Origin: Nitrososphaerota archaeon
GTDB taxonomy: Archaea; Thermoproteota; Nitrososphaeria_A; Caldarchaeales; Calditenuaceae
Length of the DNA stretch: 64,000 bases
Assembly: GCA_038845265.1 (NCBI GenBank)
Contig: JAWBQR010000001.1
Location: 32,001-96,000 of the forward strand
Direction: 5' to 3'
Positions within the stretch are counted from its first letter, which is position 1. Every line of letters starts with the position of its first letter. The notes beneath the pieces are model-generated. The model did no database searches. It worked only from the letters and a program-made list of their open reading frames with translations, and was not told the DNA's origin. This document shows, one piece after another, positions 39,426 through 49,832 of the stretch. Position numbers and translations under genes: made by a program.

Positions 39426-40838
39426 TTACACATCGAAGTATAGATAAAATTCATACGGATGAGGCATACTGTAAACTTGGAGATGCATGTTTTTCTCAAT
39501 GTCGATTATCGTCTCTATTAACTCAGACGTAAATACCGGTTTTAAAAACTCATTGTCTGACTCTAATTCTTCAACTGCCTCCATTAAACTGATTGGGAGC
39601 TGCTTAATTCCGTATTCACGTCTAACTTCAGGTGTAAGGTGATAGATGTCTGCGTCAACTGGGTCGCCTGGATCTATTTTCTTTTTGATACCATCCATTC
39701 CCGCCATGAGTATAGCAGCAAAGGCCAAGTATGGATTGCATGAAGAATCAGGAGCTCTAAATTCTACTCTCTTGGAGCTTGGCTTGCCGATGTGATAAAC
39801 AGGTATTCTTATGATTGCTGATCTATTAGACCTACTCCATGCGATGTATACTGGGGCCTCAAATCCTGGTATAAGTCTTTTGTAAGAATTTGTCGTTGGA
39901 CAAACTATCGCTGTTAGTGCACGACTGTGTTCAATCAACCCTCCTACATAGTATCTCCCGATCTGACTTAGCTCGGCATACTTGTCCTCTGGGTCATAAA
40001 ATAAGTTTTCTCCTCCTGACCAAAGACTAGAGTGAACATGCATTCCAGATGCATTATCTAAGTAAACAGGCTTAGGCATAAACGTGGCTATTAATCCATG
40101 TTTTTTTGCTACATTTTTAACGACATATTTGCATGTCTGAGTATTATCAGCCATCTTTGTGAGAGTGCTATACGTCATGTCGATCTCACACTGTCCTGCA
40201 GTGGCTACTTCATGGTGATGGGAATCCACCCTTATCCCATAATAATCCTTGAGGATAAGGGCGCATTCATTCCTGAAATCCATCAATGTATCCTGCGGCC
40301 TTGTTGGATAATATCCCTCCTTAAATCTGATTGGATAAGAATCTGAGCTCCAAGCTGCCTCAACAGAACTTATTTCATACGACATTCCCCTGTAAGGCAT
40401 CGACACATCCCAATTAGCCTTATTGAAAACAAAGAACTCAATTTCTGGTCCCCAATACGACTTATCAAAGCCCTGCTCCTCAATGTATTTCTCGGCTTTT
40501 TGTGCGATCCATCTAGGATCTTTTGTGAATCTACCTTTTCCATATGAGAAGTATAGGTCGCATAGAATCCTGATTGTTTTAAACCCGCTGAATGGATCAA
40601 GAGCGATAGTTGAGCAATCAGGCATTAAGACCATATCTGACTCTTGGATGCCGACGAATCCCCTAATGGACGAGCCATCGAGCTTGGGAAAACCACTCTC
40701 AAAGTATTCTCCGTCCATTTCATCTAGCATAACAGTTACGTGCTGAAGCTTACCTAGAATATCTGTGAACTGGAGATCGATAAATTTTGCACCAAATGAC
40801 TCTACTATTTCTTTAATTTTATATGGATCGTCTTTCAT
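39426..40838 (-). CDS. glnA: Glutamine synthetase type I
   Basis: DGSSI, GPEIEFF, HHEVA, TFMPKP, SGMHVH, NSYKRL.PGFEAP, EFRAPD. Confidence 0.97.
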   Translation of the reverse strand: MKDDPYKIKEIVESFGAKFIDLQFTDILGKLQHVTVMLDEMDGEYFESGFPKLDGSSIRGFVGIQESDMVLMPDCSTIALDPFSGFKTIRILCDLYFSYGKGRFTKDPRWIAQKAEKYIEEQGFDKSYWGPEIEFFVFNKANWDVSMPYRGMSYEISSVEAAWSSDSYPIRFKEGYYPTRPQDTLMDFRNECALILKDYYGIRVDSHHHEVATAGQCEIDMTYSTLTKMADNTQTCKYVVKNVAKKHGLIATFMPKPVYLDNASGMHVHSSLWSGGENLFYDPEDKYAELSQIGRYYVGGLIEHSRALTAIVCPTTNSYKRLIPGFEAPVYIAWSRSNRSAIIRIPVYHIGKPSSKRVEFRAPDSSCNPYLAFAAILMAGMDGIKKKIDPGDPVDADIYHLTPEVRREYGIKQLPISLMEAVEELESDNEFLKPVFTSELIETIIDIEKNMHLQVYSMPHPYEFYLYFDV

Positions 40839-41034
40839 CTAATCACTACTAGCGAATGAGCCGGAGGAAGGACTATATAACTTTACCATGTATTGTTCGA
40901 AAAATAAAACAAAAATATGAGTTATATCAATACAATATTTACTACTATTTTAAAATTTTTTAAACCCTTTACAGCATATATTTGTTGTTAAGAGAAATAC
41001 TAGAGTATAAATTTTTAAACTAGCCTGAATCATC

Positions 41035-41703
41035 GTGAAGATTTATACAAAAACGCCACAAATAGCTATATGTATTCTATTAATGTTATTCTTTCTGCTC
41101 TTCAGCATCTGGGGCCACGGATCAGGATTAACTGGGAGTAATCTCTTAATGAACAATTTAGTGAGAATAGAATTTGAAGTATTTTTAATTAATAATAACG
41201 ATAAAATTGAACCGGTAAAAGATGCTTTAGTAGTTGTAGGTTCAAAACACAATATAACTGGTGAGTCAGGCAGGACGTCAATAATGATTAGTCCCGGCTC
41301 ATATAGTAGTTATGTAAAGCTCGCTGATATAAAATTAGCACCATATACAGATAAATTAATTATTACTAAAAATAGCAAAATTGTCGTCACTTTCTTAATA
41401 ACTAAGCTATATCCAAATAAATTCTCGGTTGAATCAAATGAAAACTTCACCATAGTGAGATTAACCATGAATATAAAAGAGAGATATCGAGCATATATCT
41501 CCGATCCAGTATTAACACTCATTAGAAATAATGGCACAGTAATTATGGTGACAGCCGGCCCTAACGGGCTTGGATATTTTACAGATAGAATAACTCCTAA
41601 TAGACCTTACGAGATTGTAGTTAAACTTAATGGAGCCATTTCATATATTGATCCTCAGTCGAGCTACATTCCGCTAGAAATAATAAGTGTCACAAAATCT
41701 TGA
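41035..41703 (+). CDS. Hypothetical exported protein with one prealbumin/carboxypeptidase-regulatory-like beta domain
   Basis: N-terminal hydrophobic segment; PVKDALVVV...TGESGR...PGSY pattern. Confidence 0.55.
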   Translation: MKIYTKTPQIAICILLMLFFLLFSIWGHGSGLTGSNLLMNNLVRIEFEVFLINNNDKIEPVKDALVVVGSKHNITGESGRTSIMISPGSYSSYVKLADIKLAPYTDKLIITKNSKIVVTFLITKLYPNKFSVESNENFTIVRLTMNIKERYRAYISDPVLTLIRNNGTVIMVTAGPNGLGYFTDRITPNRPYEIVVKLNGAISYIDPQSSYIPLEIISVTKS

Positions 41704-41709
41704 CGATCA

Positions 41710-42414
41710 TTATTTATCATAATGCTCAATAGCTGCTTTACACATAGAGAACAAAAGTCCATACCGATCCTTCGATTTTATAAATGCAGAAGTAAGCAAG
41801 ACCCCATCTACACCTAAATCAAAAGCTTTTGAAACATCAGTTTCATCAGATATTCCGGCACCACATAGTACAGGAAGATTTATAGACAATTCCTTTACCA
41901 TTTCAATAGTCTTTGTAATGATTTCGGGTTTCGCCTTTGATACGCTGATACCTGTTCCTATTAACTCTGGTGATTCGATTGCTAAAAAATCTGGCCTAAG
42001 AACTGCTCCAGCGACTGAGGAGGAAGGTGTGTCGGTGCAAAGAATAGAGACCATTTCCATTGCTCTAAGATCTCCTATAATCTTTGCAGCATCCGTTAGC
42101 AATAGTTTCTTTTCTGAGTGATTTAGTAAACTACCAACGCCACCTGCCTCTTTAACGGCGTATGCAGTAATATGCCCCGTATAATTCCCCGGATCTTCAG
42201 CATCGACATGCTGAGCCAAAACTGGAATCTTTGTCTTTCTTGATATTCTATATATGTCTGTTGGCTGAGCCGCAACTGCAATCGTTACACCAGTATCTCT
42301 GCTCACTTGCTCGGCTATTAATGCCAAGTTTTCAGCTTGCTGACCAGTCGTTTCCTTGTGACTCTTAAAATTTAGTATGATTAACGGTGTCTTGAGTTTC
42401 ATAACCGCTATCAC
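41710..42414 (-). CDS. tpiA: Triosephosphate isomerase (archaeal type)
   Basis: NFK, AQHVD, LLNHSE, ESPELIGTG, CGAGIS. Confidence 0.95.
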   Translation of the reverse strand: MIAVMKLKTPLIILNFKSHKETTGQQAENLALIAEQVSRDTGVTIAVAAQPTDIYRISRKTKIPVLAQHVDAEDPGNYTGHITAYAVKEAGGVGSLLNHSEKKLLLTDAAKIIGDLRAMEMVSILCTDTPSSSVAGAVLRPDFLAIESPELIGTGISVSKAKPEIITKTIEMVKELSINLPVLCGAGISDETDVSKAFDLGVDGVLLTSAFIKSKDRYGLLFSMCKAAIEHYDK

Positions 42415-42510
42415 GATTCATAAATAATAATTCTCTTTAAAATAACTTCTTCGTCTCACATTATACAGTAGAGTAGAAACATTTTAATATGGTAGAAAAT
42501 AGTTATCAGA

Positions 42511-43902
42511 GTGATTATGAATCAACGAACATTAGTTAATCCATTCATACCTCATAATGAAGAGGAAATTGCTGAAATGATGCAGACCATAGGAATTAAG
42601 TCGTTAGAAGAGCTTTTTAGCGATATTCCCAGGGAATACATTATTACTGAAGAACCAGAGTTTGAAGGACCATTGTCTGAGAAGGAGATGATAAATCAAA
42701 TCTTTAGAATAGCTTCCAAAAATTTGACTTTTCCAAAGCTGCAACTACACATTGGCCAAGGCGCATATCTTAGGTACGTCCCAGCAGCGGTCAAAGAAGT
42801 ATTGCGAAGAAGTGAATTCCTAACTTCTTATACACCGTATCAACCTGAAGCATCACAAGGCATCCTTACAGCTCTTTTTGAATATCAAAGCCTGATGGCT
42901 GAGCTGCTCGGACTGGAGATTGTTAACTCTTCGATGTATGATTGGTCCACTGCACTGGGCGAGGCTTGCAGGATGACCATTAGATTAACCGGGAAAAAGA
43001 AGATTTTAGTCGGAAGATATACTTTCAAGCAGAGGTTAGAGACACTCTCTACTTATATTGAGCCTATAAGTGGCGTTGTTAGAGAAATAGGATATACTCC
43101 GGATGGGAGGCTCAACATTGACGAGCTAGAACAAAATTTGAACGACACCGCAGCACTGTATGTTGAGTATCCTAATAGTTTGGGATTCATAACACAAAAT
43201 CTTGATGAGTTGGCAGATATTGTACATCGTAAAGGTGCATATTTAATTACAGGTGTTGAACCAACAGTTTTAGGAATTATTAAATCACCTGGAGAGCTTG
43301 GAGCAGATATTGCAGTAGGCGAGGGACAGTCGCTCGGACTTCCATTATCATTTGGAGGACCGTCGCTCGGAATCTTCGCATGTAGGGACGATCCGAAAAT
43401 GCTTAGGAATATGCCTGGAAGATTAATAGGGATGACTGAAGATGTCCAAGGAACAAGGAGATGTTTCACGATGGTTCTCCAGACTAGAGAGCAACATATC
43501 AAGAGAGAAAAAGCTACATCGAATATCTGCACCAATCAAGCATTAATGGCCATTGGAGTAGCTGCTTATTTGGCATTATTAGGAAAAAAAGGATTGAGAG
43601 AGCTAGCCGAGTATATCTTTGCATTGACTGATTACGCGATTAAAAGATTCTCTGAGCTTGATTTTGTTAAGGTTCCTCTCGCTGGTCTCCCACATTACCA
43701 AGAATTTGCCTACACAGTTAGAGGATTAGCGGCCCATGAAGTACTTAGTAAACTGCTGAAAAAGGGGATAGTTGGTGGATTTAATATTAGTGAGATTTAT
43801 CCAGAATTCCGAGAGGCCATAGTTACTTGTTTCACAGAAGTTCATGATAATAAATCTGTGGAGAACTACGTCGCCGCGCTTAGTGAGGTGTTGCCAAAAT
43901 GA
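42511..43902 (+). CDS. gcvPA: Glycine dehydrogenase subunit 1
   Basis: TSYTPYQPEASQG, NSSMYD, QTREQHIKREKATSNICTNQ. Confidence 0.96.
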   Translation: MIMNQRTLVNPFIPHNEEEIAEMMQTIGIKSLEELFSDIPREYIITEEPEFEGPLSEKEMINQIFRIASKNLTFPKLQLHIGQGAYLRYVPAAVKEVLRRSEFLTSYTPYQPEASQGILTALFEYQSLMAELLGLEIVNSSMYDWSTALGEACRMTIRLTGKKKILVGRYTFKQRLETLSTYIEPISGVVREIGYTPDGRLNIDELEQNLNDTAALYVEYPNSLGFITQNLDELADIVHRKGAYLITGVEPTVLGIIKSPGELGADIAVGEGQSLGLPLSFGGPSLGIFACRDDPKMLRNMPGRLIGMTEDVQGTRRCFTMVLQTREQHIKREKATSNICTNQALMAIGVAAYLALLGKKGLRELAEYIFALTDYAIKRFSELDFVKVPLAGLPHYQEFAYTVRGLAAHEVLSKLLKKGIVGGFNISEIYPEFREAIVTCFTEVHDNKSVENYVAALSEVLPK

Positions 43903-45443
43903 ATAATGAGTTTAGACAGGCAAGATGGGCTGAACCACTACTGTTTGAGATTACTAGGAAAAATGCAGGGAATTATAGCACGGTGAGTTGGAACGACATT
44001 CTAATTAGTTCTAAAAATAGGGCAATCAGCAATCTTCCTAAAAACCTATTGAGGGGCACATTTAACCTTCCTGAGGTCTCTGAGGTGGAAGTAATTCGTC
44101 ATTTCACCAGACTCAGTCAAATGAATTACAGTGTCTCAACTGGTTTTTATCCGCTTGGAAGCTGTACGATGAAGTATAATCCAGTGGGAAATGAAGAGGC
44201 TGTTACGATTAATGAATTAATGAATGCTCATCCATTACAGGATCCATCAACTGTTCAGGGATGCCTTGAAATACTCTATAGGTTGGAGAAAATGCTCTGC
44301 TCAGTAACTGGGATGGATAGATTTTCATTTGCTCCTGCAGCTGGCGCACACGGTGAATTTGCAGGATGCCTCATAATGAGAAAATATCATCTTGATAAGG
44401 GAGAAAAACGTAGCGTAGTCATTGTTCCAGACTCTGCGCACGGCACAAATCCAGCTTCAGCCTCAATGGCTGGATTTGAGGTTGAAGAAGTAGAGTCCGA
44501 TGAGCATGGATTGGTCAATGTTGAGAGGCTGAAAGAGATGATGGGCGAGGACGTAGCTGGATTAATGTTAACAAATCCAAATACACTGGGACTATTTGAA
44601 AGAAGGATTAAGGAGATAGTTGAGATTGTCCGTTCCTATGACGGGCTACTCTACTATGATGGAGCAAATCTTAATGCAATAGCAGGGATAGCCAGGCCTG
44701 GAGACATGGGATTTGATATCGTTCACCTAAATCTCCATAAAACATTTTCAACGCCTCACGGCGGCGGAGGCCCTGGGTCAGGACCAGTCGGCGTAAAAGA
44801 CAGATTAATAAAGTATTTACCTCCGCCCTTAATATCATATTCTCCCGAAAGAGGTTACTACTTTGAGCCAGAAGGCAAGGAATCAATAGGCCGAATCAGA
44901 GCATTTCACGGAAACTTCCTAGTATGCGTAAAGGCATACGCTTATTTGCTAAGACTTGGATGGAGGGGTCTTAAGGAGGCATCCGAAATAGCTGTACTAA
45001 CCTCCAATTACCTTCTCTCAAAGATAAAAACCATTGAGAAAGTAACATTGCCCTATGACTCATCCGTTCCGAGGAAGCATGAATTTGTGATTAGTCTTAA
45101 AAAATTGCTGAAGGAAACGAGCGTCTCCGCCAAGGATGTTGCTAAAAGATTATTAGATTATGGTTTCCACGCACCTACGATCTATTTTCCATTAATAGTC
45201 GAAGAGGCCTTCATGATTGAGCCAACCGAGACAGAACCCAAGAGAGAACTCGACAGATATGCGGACACTTTGAGAAAAATTATAAATGAGGCATATACTT
45301 CTGCAGAAAATGTAAAGAATGCACCTCAAAACACTTCTGTCAAAAGAGTAGACGAGGTAAAGGCAAATCATCCCCGCACACTTATACTTAGCTGGAAAAT
45401 CTATACTAAGAAGATAGGCGTCAGTAATAATGGAGATGCCTAG
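43899..45443 (+). CDS. gcvPB: Glycine dehydrogenase subunit 2
   Basis: PLGSCTMKYNP, SAHGTNPAS, HLNLHKTFSTPHGGGGPG. Confidence 0.96.
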   Translation: MNNEFRQARWAEPLLFEITRKNAGNYSTVSWNDILISSKNRAISNLPKNLLRGTFNLPEVSEVEVIRHFTRLSQMNYSVSTGFYPLGSCTMKYNPVGNEEAVTINELMNAHPLQDPSTVQGCLEILYRLEKMLCSVTGMDRFSFAPAAGAHGEFAGCLIMRKYHLDKGEKRSVVIVPDSAHGTNPASASMAGFEVEEVESDEHGLVNVERLKEMMGEDVAGLMLTNPNTLGLFERRIKEIVEIVRSYDGLLYYDGANLNAIAGIARPGDMGFDIVHLNLHKTFSTPHGGGGPGSGPVGVKDRLIKYLPPPLISYSPERGYYFEPEGKESIGRIRAFHGNFLVCVKAYAYLLRLGWRGLKEASEIAVLTSNYLLSKIKTIEKVTLPYDSSVPRKHEFVISLKKLLKETSVSAKDVAKRLLDYGFHAPTIYFPLIVEEAFMIEPTETEPKRELDRYADTLRKIINEAYTSAENVKNAPQNTSVKRVDEVKANHPRTLILSWKIYTKKIGVSNNGDA

Positions 45444-45445
45444 CT

Positions 45446-46540
45446 ATGACCTTGAGAGAACCTGTATTATTTCCAATTCATGAAAAATCGGCTAAAGAGA
45501 TAAGCGAATTTGAAGGATGGCGCACGCCTCTCTTTTACAGATCATTAAAAGATGAACACTATGCTGTTAGAAACCATGTAGGTGTCTTTGACGTAAGTCA
45601 CATGAAGCGATCTTTAATTCGTGGAGCAGGAGCAGCAAAGTACCTCTCTGAAATCTTAACTGTTGATGCATCCCGACTTAAAATAGGAAAAATGAAGTAT
45701 TGCTTATTATTAAATGAGAAGGCCGGCATCATTGATGACGGCACGGTTTTAAGGACAGGTGATGATGAATATCTTCTGACTACTAATGCTGCTACTGATT
45801 TAAAGGTTCATAATTGGATTAGGAGTTTTGCGCCGTCAACGGTGAATATTGAGGACGTTACAGATAGCACGGTACTGCTAGCTATACAGGGTCCAAGAGC
45901 CATAGAATTAGTACCTAAGTTGCTTAACTACGATGTTAGTGGACTTAAGTGGTTTACTGGAACATTCTTAAAACACGTAGGAATCGATATCATAGTTACG
46001 AGAAGTGGATATACAGGTGAAGACGGGTTCGAGCTACTGATAAAGTCTGGTAATTATCAAGAGGCTGGAAAAATATGGAATAACATAATATCTCTCGGCG
46101 CTGTTCCATGCGGTCTAGCTGCCCGAGATATTCTGAGACTGGAGGCGAGTTATCCACTATCACAAGTCGATTTTGATGACTCTACCACGCCAGTTGAGGC
46201 ACGACTAGAGTGGGCAATACAGCTTGAGGGACATGAATTCGTAGGTAAAAAGGCGTTTGAAGAAATACTTCGAACATCTCCCATGAGATTCTTAGTAGGC
46301 ATAGAACTTGAAGAACCCGGAGTACCAAGGAGAGGCATGGAAGTATTTGATGACACAAAAAAAGTCGGATACATAACTAGTGGAAACTTATCACCAACAC
46401 TGAAAAAAGGGATAGCCCTAGGATATGTTACCAGCAAAGTTGCTGAGAAAGATCATGTAATTAAAGTGAAAATAAAAGATGAGTACAGGGAAGCCAGGAT
46501 AAAGCTTGGACCATTTATAAGCCTAAAAATACCAAGGTAG
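45446..46540 (+). CDS. gcvT: Glycine cleavage aminomethyltransferase T
   Basis: FDVSHM, IIDD, QGP, RSGYTGEDGFE, GLAARD.LRLEA. Confidence 0.96.
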   Translation: MTLREPVLFPIHEKSAKEISEFEGWRTPLFYRSLKDEHYAVRNHVGVFDVSHMKRSLIRGAGAAKYLSEILTVDASRLKIGKMKYCLLLNEKAGIIDDGTVLRTGDDEYLLTTNAATDLKVHNWIRSFAPSTVNIEDVTDSTVLLAIQGPRAIELVPKLLNYDVSGLKWFTGTFLKHVGIDIIVTRSGYTGEDGFELLIKSGNYQEAGKIWNNIISLGAVPCGLAARDILRLEASYPLSQVDFDDSTTPVEARLEWAIQLEGHEFVGKKAFEEILRTSPMRFLVGIELEEPGVPRRGMEVFDDTKKVGYITSGNLSPTLKKGIALGYVTSKVAEKDHVIKVKIKDEYREARIKLGPFISLKIPR

Positions 46541-46545
46541 CGTTC

Positions 46546-47898
46546 TTGAATAAAGAAGGTGAAATCTTACATAAAATTCTTCATAAAGTTGGATACGAAA
46601 AAAGAGGGGAGTTAGAGAAGAGGATTAATCAACTTATTAATGAAAATCCAAGACTGTCAAGGCTCGGTGCTCTCTACCTAATCGGCGAAGAGCTCGGAAT
46701 ATTTGAACAGGTTGATTCTGTAGAATATACTGTGCCGATCGCTAAGCTTGTTGGGGGACTAAACAACGTTAATGTTCGCTGCAGAGTAATAGGAAAGAGA
46801 GGCCCATTCAAGACAGATAAGACTGAGTATGCATACTTGAGACTTGGGGATAACTCTGGTGTAATCTCAGCAATAGCTTGGAATGAAGCACTAAAAAAGA
46901 TAAAAGAAATGAATGTTGATGTAGGAGATGTAGTAATTATCAAAGATGCTTATACGAGGGAAAGCATAAATGGAAAGACAGAGCTTCACTTAAATAAGAC
47001 CACAGTCATTAAGAAGGACGAAGACTCAGATATTCAATCATTAGAAGCCTTTTTCAAAGAAGAATTGCCTTCAAACGAAAAAGAGTTTGAAGTAGACGTC
47101 AAGGCAAAAATATTGGGCCTCTCCGACGAACTCTCGATTTATTATCGAGGGGAAAAAATACCCTTGAGGGAAGCTTTACTATTGGTTACCGATAGATTAA
47201 TCAGCACGACAGCATGGAGGGGTCAAGTTGAACTCTTCAAAGATGCATCACCGGGACAAACGGCATTAATTGCAGCTGCTAAGTACCAAAATAAAAAATT
47301 AATTATGACTTCTAAAACGTGTATAAAGTTCATTACTGACACACCCGAAGATGCCATACCTCCACTAGAGATAATTATCCTTGATAAATTAAATTTGAAG
47401 GACGAAGACTATATTTACATTGCCGCTTGTTCTAATTATATCCTTTTTGTTAAACACCCCGACATTCAATTAGGACGGAGCTACATCGTAAAGAAATACG
47501 AACTAATCTACAGTAATAAAAGATGGTTGTTAATTCCGCAAGAACTGATTGAAATACAGAAAAACTCAGCAGGGGGCGTCCAGCCTATTTATTCATTAAG
47601 CAGTCATTCAGATGATTTAACATATGTTTGCGTCGAAGGACGAGTCGAGTCGAAGACACCTCTAGCCTCCAAACAATTAAAAAACGGAGAAGAATTAGAG
47701 ACTCTTAATTTTTGGCTAACAGATGGTGTTACAAATATTTATTGTAGGGCCTTTGGTAAAAGCGCATCCATAATTAATTATACACCAGAGAAATCTTTAA
47801 TTCGACTTAAATGGGCCAGGGTAAGAAAGACCAAGTTCGGTTATATAGAATTAATTGTGGATGATGCATCAAATATAGAGCTTATTAGGGAAGGTTAA
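46546..47898 (+). CDS. Replication protein A-like multi-OB-fold ssDNA-binding protein
   Basis: N-terminal GALYLIGEELG helix; OB folds (LGDNSG.I..IAW, LTDG..IYCRAFG). Confidence 0.78.
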   Translation: MNKEGEILHKILHKVGYEKRGELEKRINQLINENPRLSRLGALYLIGEELGIFEQVDSVEYTVPIAKLVGGLNNVNVRCRVIGKRGPFKTDKTEYAYLRLGDNSGVISAIAWNEALKKIKEMNVDVGDVVIIKDAYTRESINGKTELHLNKTTVIKKDEDSDIQSLEAFFKEELPSNEKEFEVDVKAKILGLSDELSIYYRGEKIPLREALLLVTDRLISTTAWRGQVELFKDASPGQTALIAAAKYQNKKLIMTSKTCIKFITDTPEDAIPPLEIIILDKLNLKDEDYIYIAACSNYILFVKHPDIQLGRSYIVKKYELIYSNKRWLLIPQELIEIQKNSAGGVQPIYSLSSHSDDLTYVCVEGRVESKTPLASKQLKNGEELETLNFWLTDGVTNIYCRAFGKSASIINYTPEKSLIRLKWARVRKTKFGYIELIVDDASNIELIREG

Positions 47899-48763
47899 CA
47901 TCAGTAGAATCCTTTACATTTTTTACTGAGAAGTCGCCAAACTCCTGTGTGTCTTTTACTGTACGTTCTGTCTCAGGACTATATCTATATCCACTTAGTA
48001 TCGAAGCTTGAGCACCTAGGTTGCGGAGCTCTAATACCCTCAAGGGCGGCCCAATGCTTATTCCTTTATTCCTTATAATTTCAAAGGTATAGATCGTAGA
48101 GTCGGCGGGTGACCATCGCATCTTTCTTACATATAGAGTTCTTATTAGGCGTCCTCCAACTCTGACGAGACCAATGACGATTACTCCTGATGAGAGATAT
48201 TCTTCGTATCCAAATCTGCTGAGCTTATTTGAGCCTGTCGGTATATCGCATGTGATCACTGTGGTAGCGCCTATTCTTTCCTCTAAGAATAAAATTATCT
48301 CGCGAATATATTCGCGAACAGCGAATTCATCCCCTGCGCCAAATGCCATCGCCGAGATCGGGTCTAACACAATTCTAGAGACCTTTCCCCCTCTTGTCAT
48401 TTTGACGATTGTGTCGATGTATGCTTTGCTATCTTTCCTGTATTTTCCTAAATCTTCAGAGTATATTCTTATCTCAAATGGGTAGAAGTGTCCTGCCTTG
48501 TAATAGCTCCAAAAATCCCACCCAAGCGTTAAGGCCCCATCAAGCACTGCGGATATTCTCTCGTCTAATGAGACATAAGCTACGTCTTCACCCTTTTGAA
48601 GACCATCCATCAAAAATTGCAAGCTCATTATTGTTTTGCCTACTCCTGTCTCGCCTGTAATTAGGTATGTCTTGCCACGTATAAAGCCGCCTCCTAGTAT
48701 TCTGTCAAGCATCGGTATACCTGTAGAGACTCGTTCGATCAGCATTACATTAATACCATGCAT
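47885..48763 (-). CDS. Single-domain KaiC/RAD55 family ATPase
   Basis: VSTGIPMLD..LGGG, GETGVGKT, VLDPIS, EEYLSSGVI, RKMR; likely start at 48745. Confidence 0.9.
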   Translation of the reverse strand: MHGINVMLIERVSTGIPMLDRILGGGFIRGKTYLITGETGVGKTIMSLQFLMDGLQKGEDVAYVSLDERISAVLDGALTLGWDFWSYYKAGHFYPFEIRIYSEDLGKYRKDSKAYIDTIVKMTRGGKVSRIVLDPISAMAFGAGDEFAVREYIREIILFLEERIGATTVITCDIPTGSNKLSRFGYEEYLSSGVIVIGLVRVGGRLIRTLYVRKMRWSPADSTIYTFEIIRNKGISIGPPLRVLELRNLGAQASILSGYRYSPETERTVKDTQEFGDFSVKNVKDSTDVNLP

Positions 48764-48792
48764 AAGGATTATTTAAGTAAAACCTTAATTCA

Positions 48793-49092
48793 CTATCCAA
48801 ATAAGCTACCGAAGCCTGCAAGAGCATTTTCATCCTCTTCTTTGAGCTTTTTTAATACCTCCCCTTTTTCCTGCTCTTCAATCTCTTTGCCGGCTTCGCC
48901 AATGATCTCTTTTATGCGTTTGAGTTGTTCCTCAGTGCCTATAACTCTTATATAGTAGCCATCTTTACCCGTTAACAGTTTGGCGTCTTTGAATACTAGA
49001 TTTGCCTTTGAGGCTACCTCATCACTCATCAATGCCTGTCTTATCGTTTCTAATTTTTCTCCTGCGATCAAGTAAATTTGTTGGTTCTCCAT
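48793..49092 (-). CDS. Hypothetical alpha/beta protein with ribosomal P-stalk-like C-terminal tail
   Basis: C-terminus EEDENALAGFGSLFG resembles archaeal aP1/aP0 tail EEEALAGLSALFG; the N-terminal part is not P1-like. Confidence 0.7.
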   Translation of the reverse strand: MENQQIYLIAGEKLETIRQALMSDEVASKANLVFKDAKLLTGKDGYYIRVIGTEEQLKRIKEIIGEAGKEIEEQEKGEVLKKLKEEDENALAGFGSLFG

Positions 49093-49190
49093 TGGTATCC
49101 ATCTTAATGTATAATAAGACTACTATATTAACACATTCAATGAGTAAAATTTATTCTCTGGGAACAAAAAAATATTTTTGGCCGAGGGCA

Positions 49191-49832
49191 TTGAGTCAAA
49201 AAAGCGATTCTCCTATCATCAGGAAATTAAACGAGTTGGGAATGGAGCCTGGAATAATATATGAAACAATAATCACATCGGTAGATCGTAATTGCAACCC
49301 TCATTCTGCTGCGATGGGAATAATACTTGAAGAAAATGAAGATTCTGTACTGATTAAAATAAGGGCTTATCCGTCATCAAAGACGGGGCAGAATCTTTTA
49401 ATTAACGGCCTCGGAGTCGTGAACATCACTGATCCTGAATTACTTATTAGGGTAGCGTTAGACATGCCTCCAGAAATTGTGTACGTCAAGTCATCCTGCA
49501 TCGGTGTACCTCGAATAAGCAATGCTGCTGCTTGGATAGAGTTCAAGGTCATAAATATCTCTAAGAAAAACGAGATAATTGAGTTTATATGTTTACCGCT
49601 AAATGTTGATTATTTTGAGGTGAAGCCAAAGCCCTATACGAGGGCAGTTTATGCTCTGCTAGAGGCTATAATTCATGCATCAAAAATCAGAGCATACAAA
49701 GAACTTGGAGATTTGCATAAGGTCTCCGAACTACAAGACCTGATAAATATGAATTTAAAAGTTGTTGAAAAAGTAGCGTCTAAATCGAGATATGAATTGA
49801 TAGTAAATGAAATCAAGAAGAGGTATTTTTAG
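49191..49832 (+). CDS. DUF447 family protein (split-barrel)
   Basis: YETIIT, PHSAAMGI, SKTGQNL, VVNITDP, RAVYALLEAIIHASK; TTG start after GAGGG. Confidence 0.8.
   Translation: MSQKSDSPIIRKLNELGMEPGIIYETIITSVDRNCNPHSAAMGIILEENEDSVLIKIRAYPSSKTGQNLLINGLGVVNITDPELLIRVALDMPPEIVYVKSSCIGVPRISNAAAWIEFKVINISKKNEIIEFICLPLNVDYFEVKPKPYTRAVYALLEAIIHASKIRAYKELGDLHKVSELQDLINMNLKVVEKVASKSRYELIVNEIKKRYF

Noticed and set aside
40839-41034. Nitrogen-regulator operator upstream of glnA
   Set aside because: No NrpR (GGAA-N6-TTCC) or GlnR/TnrA box found; only a widely spaced TGTATTG/CAATACA pair that could be chance.
48793-49092. Annotation as ribosomal protein P1/L12
   Set aside because: Only the tail matches; the P1 dimerisation domain and Ala-rich hinge are absent and it is not beside rpl10/rpl1.
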